NCBI GenBank assembly: GCA_019057815.1
Contig: JAHLWR010000008.1
Location: 32,001 to 96,000 of the forward strand
Reading direction: 5' to 3'
Length of the DNA stretch: 64,000 bases
Origin: Candidatus Heimdallarchaeota archaeon
GTDB taxonomy: Archaea > Asgardarchaeota > Heimdallarchaeia > Heimdallarchaeales > Heimdallarchaeaceae
The notes under the pieces were generated by a model. That model did no database searches. It was given only the letters and a program-made list of their open reading frames with translations, and was not told the DNA's origin. Position numbers and translations under genes: made by a program. This document shows positions 1-8,177 of the stretch, piece by piece; position 1 is the first letter of the stretch, and each line of letters opens with the position of its first letter.

Positions 1-697
1 TTATACATCCTGCTCCTGAAGCAACATCATTATCCACGAAATCGCACAGTAGAGTCTCACCATCTTTCTCTTTGTATGGATATGCAAAATCAGCTGTTTT
101 CTGCATATCTGTGATCGAAAAATTGGAGTTTTCCATACCCAATGGCTTGAAAATACGATCCTCTATAAATTCGTTATAACTCACACCTGAAATCTCTTCA
201 ATTACCACAGAAGCTGTCATGAACATAAGATTGTTGTACTGGAAGGTCGTTCTAAGGTCTTTACTTGGTTCTAGGAAAGGTAAACGTTCTAGTACTTGAT
301 TATAAGTGAAATTAGTGTTCATCCAAACAAAATCATGCCTTGGTAAACCTGTCCTATGAGAAAGCATATCTTCCAGTGTTATTCTGTTTGAAACAACAGA
401 ATCGTTCAATTCAAACTCAGGAACATATTTCCTAATAGGTTTATCCCACTCAAGTTTTCCTTCTTCTACAAGCATCGCAATAGCAGCAGTAGTAAAAGAT
501 TTAGTGCAGGAAGCAATGGGTTGGATAGTTTTGGTAGTCATTTCAAGCTTGTTAGCTACATCACGATATCCAAATGCTTTAGAATAAATGACCTTCTTAT
601 CTTTTAAAACGACAACTGCTACTCCTGGAATCCCCCAAGTATCAGGTAGATCATGTAGAAAATCATCTAATTCTTTAAATTCTTCAATACTCGACAT
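1..697 (-). CDS. Serine hydrolase, beta-lactamase/AmpC-like (S12) family; runs off the window edge
   Basis: Manual translation from ATG at 697: MSSIEEFKELDDFL...WGIPGVAVVV...IASCTKSF (SxxK), ITLEDMLSHRTGLP, FQYNN (YxN). Not in the ORF track because it is incomplete. Confidence 0.9.
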   Translation of the reverse strand, partial: MSSIEEFKELDDFLHDLPDTWGIPGVAVVVLKDKKVIYSKAFGYRDVANKLEMTTKTIQPIASCTKSFTTAAIAMLVEEGKLEWDKPIRKYVPEFELNDSVVSNRITLEDMLSHRTGLPRHDFVWMNTNFTYNQVLERLPFLEPSKDLRTTFQYNNLMFMTASVVIEEISGVSYNEFIEDRIFKPLGMENSNFSITDMQKTADFAYPYKEKDGETLLCDFVDNDVASGAGCI

Positions 698-762
698 AAG
701 CAACAATAATAATAAGAATTATTAAAATTATTGCAAATTCTCTTTATTTTAGCATATAAATT

Positions 763-920
763 TAGTTAGTGTGAGAAAAAAACTAGGTGAATATTAATAA
801 GTGTTTGAAATCTATTATTTATGATAAAATACTTCTTGAGATGGATTTTATTTCAGAGAATGAGTAAATAAGAAATTGTAGAGTAAAATGCTTGTTAAAT
901 AATAAGAGAGTGGAAAAATG
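763..920 (+). repeat. Duplicated upstream/promoter region, copy 1
   Basis: Aligns by eye with 2871-3031 (GTGAGAAAAAAA, AATATTAATAAGTGTTTGAAA, GGATTTTATTTCAGA, AATAAGAGAGTG blocks). Confidence 0.9.
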
Positions 921-2873
921 AAAAAAAGACTAGTAATTCCTTTACTTATTATTATGCTTTTATTTGGATCTATTATCAAAGCAAGTTCTGTCAAACTTAC
1001 CATTGAACCTATTGCAGAGTTAACTTTGTTGCAATGGGGAGCAGCAAGATCAGATTGTAGTTTGTACATTATAGAACAGTTAAGAGAAATAGGTATTGAG
1101 GTTGAAGTCAGGAAACCTTTATGGCAATGTGGAGATATTCCTGATTTGAATGAAATTGACATGCATCTTCTAGCGCTATCTGGTACAAGAGTAGATCCAG
1201 ATCTCAGTCATATTTATAGTGAAACTGGGTCATTAAACGTATTTCGTCTAAATACAAATATACCTTATGGACAAGAAAATGAAGATATGCTTGAAGAAGG
1301 AATCAGAATAACTAACATTACAGATCGACAACAACACTATTATGACTGGCAGCAGTTATTAATTGATAAAATAACTCCATTAAAACCCTTTTTCAGCCCT
1401 AGAAGTTATATTGCAATTTGGAGTACACTCACTGGATACGAGTACCAATGGAGCTTAACTGACAATTTACCTTATATGGAATTTACAAATTATCACGAAG
1501 GTCAATCTAATATAACAGAATTAATAATAGCAGACTCTAACTGGGTGGGGTTAAATCCCCTATTTTACGATGATTATGTAAATCAAGAAATAATATCTCT
1601 CATATCGGAACCTCTTTTGAAAATTGCACCTGATTCTGAATACCTAAAGACTGGTATAATTTATGATTGGGAACAAAGTGATTGGTCAAACAAATATGAG
1701 ACTCATTTTCAATTCTTTATGAGAGACAATATTTACTGGAATCCTTCATATAACGTAACTGGAAGAGATAACACAAGTCTTCCTCTAAATCTAACTCCTC
1801 TAATGCCAGGACTAAAGAGCGGTGAAACTAGCAATGGTACCAACAGGCAATTAACTGCTAAAGACGCTGTTTTCACCTTATTGACACACGCTAATCCTCT
1901 CACTAGCGAAAACGCTGACATTTTTGCATGGATTAATGATATCTGGATTGATTCTTCCAATCCTTTATCTTTTCATATTATTGTGGATGGAGATCCTTCA
2001 ACAGTGGAACTTGATCCATATGCTCCTTTCTTGTATGACTTGAATCTAGTTATTATACCTGAATTCTTTCTAAACAGCTCAATGACTAATTCTACTTATT
2101 CTTCTGGAGGAAAAGAGATGAAAGGCATTTACGAGGGGATTGAATCTACTTCGCAGTGGCAAACATATGCCATTTCAGCATTCTTTTCAGGGAAATACAT
2201 GTTAGATTATTCTGTCAAGAATTCAATAACAGTTCTTAGAGCTAGTCCCTATTGGTTTGGAATAGGAACAAAAGATGGGACACCACAAGATTTGGATTTA
2301 GAAACAATAAAAATTAGGATTATTCCAGATCTAACTTCAGCATTAGTTGAATTTAAGGAAGGGAATTTGGATTTAACTTGTTTAAGTACATTTCCAGAAA
2401 TGAGAAAAGAAATGCAAGATGATCCTCTTTTTACAGTACAAAACAAAATTGCAAATTATATGTCCTTTCTTGCTTTCAATTTACATCGTCCATTTGTAGG
2501 TGGGGATGATAACTATGTCTACCTTAATGAAACTGGTAAAGAAGGATATACCAAAGCATGTGCTGTTAGAAAAGCTATTTGTTATGCTATTAACCTAGAA
2601 GAAATGAACAATGATATATATAATGGTGAATACTTTACCAGTTTTAGCCCAATTCATCCCATACATTCTTTCTGGTATTACCAAGATATAATTAAATATA
2701 GACATAACTTAGAAATTGCGTGTGAATGGTTAGAAGCTGCAGGATATGAAACACCAGCAACTGAAACAAGCGACACTACAATAACTATTGTTTCTGTAGT
2801 TTTCTACGTGATTCCAATATCTTTGTTTTATCTCATTAAGATTCAGAGAAGAAAAAGAATAAGAAAAATCTAG
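918..2873 (+). CDS. ABC-type peptide/nickel solute-binding protein family 5, circularly permuted, C-terminal membrane anchor
   Basis: Signal peptide; motifs EQLREIGIEVEV, LNP..D...I..LISEPLL, LTAKDAVFT, AVRKAICYAIN, WLEAAGY; Thr-rich linker, TM helix and basic tail. Confidence 0.85.
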   Translation: MKKRLVIPLLIIMLLFGSIIKASSVKLTIEPIAELTLLQWGAARSDCSLYIIEQLREIGIEVEVRKPLWQCGDIPDLNEIDMHLLALSGTRVDPDLSHIYSETGSLNVFRLNTNIPYGQENEDMLEEGIRITNITDRQQHYYDWQQLLIDKITPLKPFFSPRSYIAIWSTLTGYEYQWSLTDNLPYMEFTNYHEGQSNITELIIADSNWVGLNPLFYDDYVNQEIISLISEPLLKIAPDSEYLKTGIIYDWEQSDWSNKYETHFQFFMRDNIYWNPSYNVTGRDNTSLPLNLTPLMPGLKSGETSNGTNRQLTAKDAVFTLLTHANPLTSENADIFAWINDIWIDSSNPLSFHIIVDGDPSTVELDPYAPFLYDLNLVIIPEFFLNSSMTNSTYSSGGKEMKGIYEGIESTSQWQTYAISAFFSGKYMLDYSVKNSITVLRASPYWFGIGTKDGTPQDLDLETIKIRIIPDLTSALVEFKEGNLDLTCLSTFPEMRKEMQDDPLFTVQNKIANYMSFLAFNLHRPFVGGDDNYVYLNETGKEGYTKACAVRKAICYAINLEEMNNDIYNGEYFTSFSPIHPIHSFWYYQDIIKYRHNLEIACEWLEAAGYETPATETSDTTITIVSVVFYVIPISLFYLIKIQRRKRIRKI

Positions 2874-3031
2874 TTGATGTGAGAAAAAAATCGTGTAAAT
2901 ATTAATAAGTGTTTGAAACCTATTATTTGTGAGTGAATACTTATTGAGGAAGGATTTTATTTCAGAAAATGTGTAAGTAAAAAATTTGAGAATAAATGTT
3001 TATTAAATAATAATAAGAGAGTGAAGAAATG
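2871..3031 (+). repeat. Duplicated upstream/promoter region, copy 2
   Basis: Similar to 763-920; marks an approximately 2.1-kb tandem duplication unit. Confidence 0.9.
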
Positions 3032-4999
3032 AAGATTAGAATAGTATTAGCTTTACTAACAATTCTGTTTTTCTTTGGAGGTGTCATTGATGTTATTTCT
3101 GCTGACCAAGTCTATGAGCCTATTGCAGAATTAACTTTAAAAGATCATGGAGGAGGAGTACGCCCAGCCTACGATGTGTTTATTGCTCAATATTTAGCTG
3201 AAATAGGTATCAAAGTAAACATTGTAATTGTAGAATGGATTATTTTTTGTGAAATAATTACTGAAACCTATGATTTTGATCTTACAATTGTTAGTTTAAC
3301 TAGTGTAACAAGAGATCCAGATCTTAGCTCTATTTACAGTGTAAACGATTCGCTGAATTTATTTGGTTTAAAAACAAGTATTCCTTATGTACAAGAAAGC
3401 GAAGATATGCTTAAAGAGGGTGTAGAAATAACCAATATTGCAGAACGTCAGAATCATTATTATAAGTGGCAGCAGTTAATGATGGATAAAATAATTCCAA
3501 TACTACCACTTTACAGTCCTAGACTCTATGTTGCTAGTTGGAGTACACTCACTGGTTATAATTGTCGCTGGAGTTTAACTGATAATTTGCCTTACATGGA
3601 ATTTACAGACTATCACGAAGGTCAATCTGATACAACTGAATTAGTAGTAGCTAACTCTAACTGGAAAGAGATGAATCCAATACTGTACGACGATTCAGCA
3701 AGTCAAGAAACAATATCATTGATATCAGAACCTCTTTTAGCAATATCTCCTGGTGGAGAACCTTTTAAGACTGGGATAATTTATGATTGGGAACAAATCA
3801 ATGAGAGTCATTATCAATTCTTTATGAGAGACAGTATTCACTGGAATCCCTCATATAACGTAACTGAAAGAGACAGTGAGAGTATTTCTCTTGACCAAGC
3901 TCCTCTCATGCAAGGTCTGAAAAATAATGATGTAAGTAATGGTACTAATCTTCAAGTCACTTCCAAAGATGCTGTTTTTACACTATTAGCTAATGCCAAC
4001 CCTCTCATTAATAAGAATGCAGATAATTTCGCATGGATAAATGACATATGGGTTGATTCTATTGATCCCTTATCATTTCATGTCATAATAGATGGGGATC
4101 CTTCAACAGCAGAGCTTGACCTTTACGCTCCCTTCTGGCACAATTTAGATTTAGCTCTTTTACCTGATTTCTTTCTAAACAGCTCAGATGCAACTATTAC
4201 ATATTCTTCTGGAGGAAAAGATATGAAAGGTATTTATGGTGGGATTAACTTAACAGCTCAGTGGCAGACATACAGTATTTCAGCATTTGGTTGCGGAAAA
4301 TACATGTTGGATTATTCGGTTAATGATTCAGTAACAGTTCTCCGAGCGAGCCCCTATTGGTTTGGAAAAGGAACAATGGATGGGACACCACAAGATTTGG
4401 ATATAGAAACTGTAAGAATTCGTGTTATACCTGACCTTCATCAAGCTCTTGAAGAATTTAAACTTGGAAAATTGGATATCTGTACTGTAACTGCATTTAT
4501 TTCAGAGAGAAAAGAAATGCAAAATGATCCTCTTTTCATTGTAAACACCAAACTTTCTAATAGCATGACTTTTATCGCTTTCAATTTACGTCGTCCATTT
4601 ATAGGTGGGGAGGACAATAATGTATTTCTTACAACGCTTAGTAAAACAGATTATACTAAAGCATGTGCTGTTAGAAAAGCTATTTGTTATGCTATTAATC
4701 GTGATGAAATGAATCTTGTTATTCATGATGGTGAATTTCTGACTGTGCATAGTCCAATCAATCCAATGCAGACTTTCTGGTACTATCATGACATAACTAA
4801 GCATAGATACCATATTAGTGACTCAAAGGAATGGTTAGAAGCCGCAGGATATACAATTCCAACAATCATTACTACTGAAACAACACCGGAAAAAACAGAA
4901 ACGACTAGTAGCACGATTAGTACTATTTCAGTGATTTTCTCCTTGGTACCACCAACTTTACTTTGTCTTGCCAAGATTCTAAGAAGAAGAAAAATCTAA
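3029..4999 (+). CDS. ABC-type solute-binding protein family 5, paralog of 918..2873
   Basis: Long identical blocks with the previous ORF (WSLTDNLPYMEFT, YTKACAVRKAICYAIN); same permuted architecture and C-terminal TM. Confidence 0.85.
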   Translation: MKIRIVLALLTILFFFGGVIDVISADQVYEPIAELTLKDHGGGVRPAYDVFIAQYLAEIGIKVNIVIVEWIIFCEIITETYDFDLTIVSLTSVTRDPDLSSIYSVNDSLNLFGLKTSIPYVQESEDMLKEGVEITNIAERQNHYYKWQQLMMDKIIPILPLYSPRLYVASWSTLTGYNCRWSLTDNLPYMEFTDYHEGQSDTTELVVANSNWKEMNPILYDDSASQETISLISEPLLAISPGGEPFKTGIIYDWEQINESHYQFFMRDSIHWNPSYNVTERDSESISLDQAPLMQGLKNNDVSNGTNLQVTSKDAVFTLLANANPLINKNADNFAWINDIWVDSIDPLSFHVIIDGDPSTAELDLYAPFWHNLDLALLPDFFLNSSDATITYSSGGKDMKGIYGGINLTAQWQTYSISAFGCGKYMLDYSVNDSVTVLRASPYWFGKGTMDGTPQDLDIETVRIRVIPDLHQALEEFKLGKLDICTVTAFISERKEMQNDPLFIVNTKLSNSMTFIAFNLRRPFIGGEDNNVFLTTLSKTDYTKACAVRKAICYAINRDEMNLVIHDGEFLTVHSPINPMQTFWYYHDITKHRYHISDSKEWLEAAGYTIPTIITTETTPEKTETTSSTISTISVIFSLVPPTLLCLAKILRRRKI

Positions 5000-5051
5000 A
5001 TTTATTCTATTTTTATGGATTATTTATTCTGATCTTTTTCTTTTTCTTTTT

Positions 5052-6254
5052 TCAAAGATAATCTATTGCTGGTAGTAATTCTCCTTTCATCACAGCTAGG
5101 CTAGCTCCACCGCCTGTAGATACAAATGATATGTCTTTTTCAAAATCAAATTTCTCGAAAGCAGCAGCTGAATCTCCCCCACCAACAAATGTAGTAACAT
5201 TTTGTTCTACAAGATATTGTGCTAGTTCCCTTGTCCCTTTCTCAAATTCTCTTATTTCGAATATTCCCATTGGTCCTGTCCATAGAACGCTATTTGATTT
5301 AGATAAAACTTTTTTATATTCTTCAATTGTAGCTGGTCCGATATCTGCTCCAACTTGATTTTTAAGAATGTTTTTTACTGAAACAACTTCAACTGGTACT
5401 ATTCTACGTAAATCTTCAGTCACAACAACATCATTAGGTATGTAAATCTTCGTCCCAACCTCATTAGCTATTTTGATAAATTCTTTAACTGTTTCAACTT
5501 TTTGAGTGTCTTTGACTGACATTCCTACATCATAACCTAAGGCTAACAATGCTGTAAAAGTTAACCCTCCTCCCAATAAAATGTTATCAGCTAAACCTAT
5601 CATATTTCTAATTGCAGGAAGTTTGTCTTCTAGTTTTACACCTCCGATAATTGCAGTTAAGGGTCTTTGAGGTTCAGCAATAGTACTAGCTAGGAATTTA
5701 AGTTCCTTAGCCATAAGAAATCCATAAGCTTTCTCATCAATATAGTTAGCTACACCACAAGTACTGGAATGCTCTCTGTGAGCCGTAGCAAACGCATCAT
5801 TGATAAAAACATCCGCATGCAAAGCTAGTTTTCGAGAAAACTCTTCATCATTTTTATTTTCTTCAGAGTGGAAACGAGTATTTTCTAGTAGCAAAATTTG
5901 TTGTTGATTGAGTTTATTAGATAATGCCTTTACGTTTTTACCAATGCAGTCATCGACTTTGTAAATTCTATAAAGTGGAAGTAGTTCACGTAATCTTTTG
6001 GCTACCTTGTCCATTTTCAGAGAAGGAACAACTTCACCTTTAGGTCGTCCCCAATGAGACATAAGGATAACTTTACAATTCTCATTCAGGAGATAATAAA
6101 TTGTAGGTAAAGTATATCTGATTCTCCGATCATCAGTGATATTTCCATTTTCGTCCATTGGAACATTAAAATCTACTCTGACTAGAACTCTCTTGTTTCT
6201 AACGTTGATGTCTGTAATCTCTTTTTTTTCTTTAAATTTCAGTATATTAGACAT
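5052..6254 (-). CDS. pgk: Phosphoglycerate kinase
   Basis: RVDFNVP, SHWGRP, LLENTRFH, DAFATAHR, GGGDS, STGGGASL motifs; ATG at 6254 preferred over the upstream TTG at 6299. Confidence 0.97.
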   Translation of the reverse strand: MSNILKFKEKKEITDINVRNKRVLVRVDFNVPMDENGNITDDRRIRYTLPTIYYLLNENCKVILMSHWGRPKGEVVPSLKMDKVAKRLRELLPLYRIYKVDDCIGKNVKALSNKLNQQQILLLENTRFHSEENKNDEEFSRKLALHADVFINDAFATAHREHSSTCGVANYIDEKAYGFLMAKELKFLASTIAEPQRPLTAIIGGVKLEDKLPAIRNMIGLADNILLGGGLTFTALLALGYDVGMSVKDTQKVETVKEFIKIANEVGTKIYIPNDVVVTEDLRRIVPVEVVSVKNILKNQVGADIGPATIEEYKKVLSKSNSVLWTGPMGIFEIREFEKGTRELAQYLVEQNVTTFVGGGDSAAAFEKFDFEKDISFVSTGGGASLAVMKGELLPAIDYL

Positions 6255-6490
6255 ATCTCGTTGTTCTTCTTTCAAAGGATTATCTTCTGTAATTAGCAAA
6301 GTTTACACCTTAAGGATTAAACTGATAATCCTTCACTTTAAATTTTTATTGTTAATAAAGTTAAAATTTTGATGTAATCACTACAGTTAAGTGATAAGGA
6401 GAAGTATTGAATTCCTAGTTGAAATTCTAAAAAAAATACAAACGTGAAGAATACGAAAACAAGAATTCTATTAAAAGAGAAGCATAAACA

Positions 6491-7957
6491 TTATATACAA
6501 CGTTCAACCACGGATGAACCCTTTTCATTGTATTCTTCCTTAGTTATCCATAACTTTCGATCATAAAAGATATCGATAGATGCAATAATTGAACCTCCTA
6601 TCCACCCAGAACTAACACCATCAGTCGATAAACTGACATTAATCTCAATGTTCTGAGGAGCTACCATCCTTATTTCCCTAGTAAATCTCTCAAGAAAACC
6701 CTCATATTTTGAAGCTCCTCCTGTAAGAATGATGTTAGAATAAAGATCCTTTGCTAAATCTCTATCACACTTTTGAATACTTTCCACAACTGCTTCTGCA
6801 AGGTTTCCAGGTGTTTTTGTTACACTTAATGGTTCATTTTTAAATAGTACTTCAACCGCTTGATATCTAGTTTTTTCTAAAGAGATAAAATCATTATCAA
6901 TAAGCCTAAAGGATCGTGCAAGTTTATCCGAATTATGCCATTTTTTGTCCTCTCCATTAGGATCTATTGAAACATAGCATAGTTCTTCCGAAGCAATTCT
7001 AATGTTTTTCTGCATTATATCTTGCTCTTCGACTGATTTTCTCATTTGCATTCCTTGATTTATTACTTCTTTTTTTACTATGTTAACAACATCCTTTGCT
7101 CCCACAGAGCGAAAATTACTTGCATGAGAAATTACAAAACCTCCATAGATTGGAGTTATACGCGTGTTTTGATTACCTAAACCCACAATAACCCCTGTGA
7201 CTGATTCATTCGCATATATGGAGAGTATTTCTTCAAACGAGAAGTATAACTCAGAGATGTTTAATCTATCAAATAAAACTAAAGCTAGTTTTCTTCTAAA
7301 AGCATATAATCTTGGTGATCGATTAACATATTTTACGGGTTTTTCAGCTAATAACAATTCCTTTGCACTAGATGGCAATGAGCTATCATTTACAACTTCT
7401 GTATTACCTTTCAAATATTCAAGACTCACATCATCTAAGAGCTGATTCACAATCAAAACTGGTAAATCTTCAGGTTTAATTTTCAACTCATCAAAAATAT
7501 GTATAAAAAATAGTTCTAGAGTATCTAAATCTATTTCCTCTTCAATATTTTCTGTATCTTGAAAAATATTAACTGTTCGTACAGACTTCTTCTTTGGATC
7601 TTGATAATTAGCTTGTCGAATAAATGTTTTACCAGCTTCATTATAATAAATAGCTGTATCAAAAATGAATCTAGGTTTAGATTCACCAGCTACACCAACT
7701 TTCGTCATGCAGCTGCCAAGATCTATTACTACTGCTCTGGGATTTTTTTCAAATTCAACTAAATTATCAAAGCTTATTAAAACTTCATCTATTTCACGTT
7801 TTTTCATTAGATCCACTTTCCTAAACATTCCAGAACATATATCACAGAAATAACCAACAGGAATCCATTTGCGTTTCTCTGTTCCTTTTCGTATATACAT
7901 ACGATGCATTGATTTTCCACAATGTTTGGGCATTGTTTTTGAAGACATCTGATTCAT
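6491..7957 (-). CDS. Actin-family (actin-related) protein with N-terminal Zn-ribbon extension
   Basis: AVVIDLGSCMTKVGVAG (phosphate-1), SIQKCDRDLAKDLYSNIILTGG (adenosine motif), WIGGSIIAS and WITKEEYNEKG match hallmark eukaryotic actin segments; N-terminal HCG...CDIC. Confidence 0.93.
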   Translation of the reverse strand: MNQMSSKTMPKHCGKSMHRMYIRKGTEKRKWIPVGYFCDICSGMFRKVDLMKKREIDEVLISFDNLVEFEKNPRAVVIDLGSCMTKVGVAGESKPRFIFDTAIYYNEAGKTFIRQANYQDPKKKSVRTVNIFQDTENIEEEIDLDTLELFFIHIFDELKIKPEDLPVLIVNQLLDDVSLEYLKGNTEVVNDSSLPSSAKELLLAEKPVKYVNRSPRLYAFRRKLALVLFDRLNISELYFSFEEILSIYANESVTGVIVGLGNQNTRITPIYGGFVISHASNFRSVGAKDVVNIVKKEVINQGMQMRKSVEEQDIMQKNIRIASEELCYVSIDPNGEDKKWHNSDKLARSFRLIDNDFISLEKTRYQAVEVLFKNEPLSVTKTPGNLAEAVVESIQKCDRDLAKDLYSNIILTGGASKYEGFLERFTREIRMVAPQNIEINVSLSTDGVSSGWIGGSIIASIDIFYDRKLWITKEEYNEKGSSVVERCI

Positions 7958-8086
7958 GGTATATCATTCGTAGATATATATTCTTTGATATGATATATCT
8001 GCTAAAAGAATTAAACTTAGTTATGGAAAAGCCTAGAATTTGGTATATCATTCGCAGATGGTATATCATTAACAGATGGTATCTCG
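7957..8086. repeat. 18-bp direct repeat array (TGGTATATCATTcgcAGA) in the divergent actin/EEP intergenic region
   Basis: Copies at 7957-7974, 8041-8058 and 8059-8076; partial copy at 8077-8086; core variant TGATATATCT at 7991-8000. Confidence 0.85.
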
Positions 8087-8177
8087 AAAAAGCTCAGTCA
8101 TAGTTTAAAATTTCCAGCTTATTACACATCGATATAATACAATTAATTTTTAAACTAGTAACAAAATAAATTTTTTT

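Noticed and set aside
7957-8086. CRISPR array
   Set aside because: Repeats are 18 bp and mostly abutting, with no regular unique spacers and no cas genes.
7842-8103. Short ORFs with repeated MIYH / WYIIRR peptides
   Set aside because: By-products of the 18-bp DNA repeats; they overlap the actin start on both strands.
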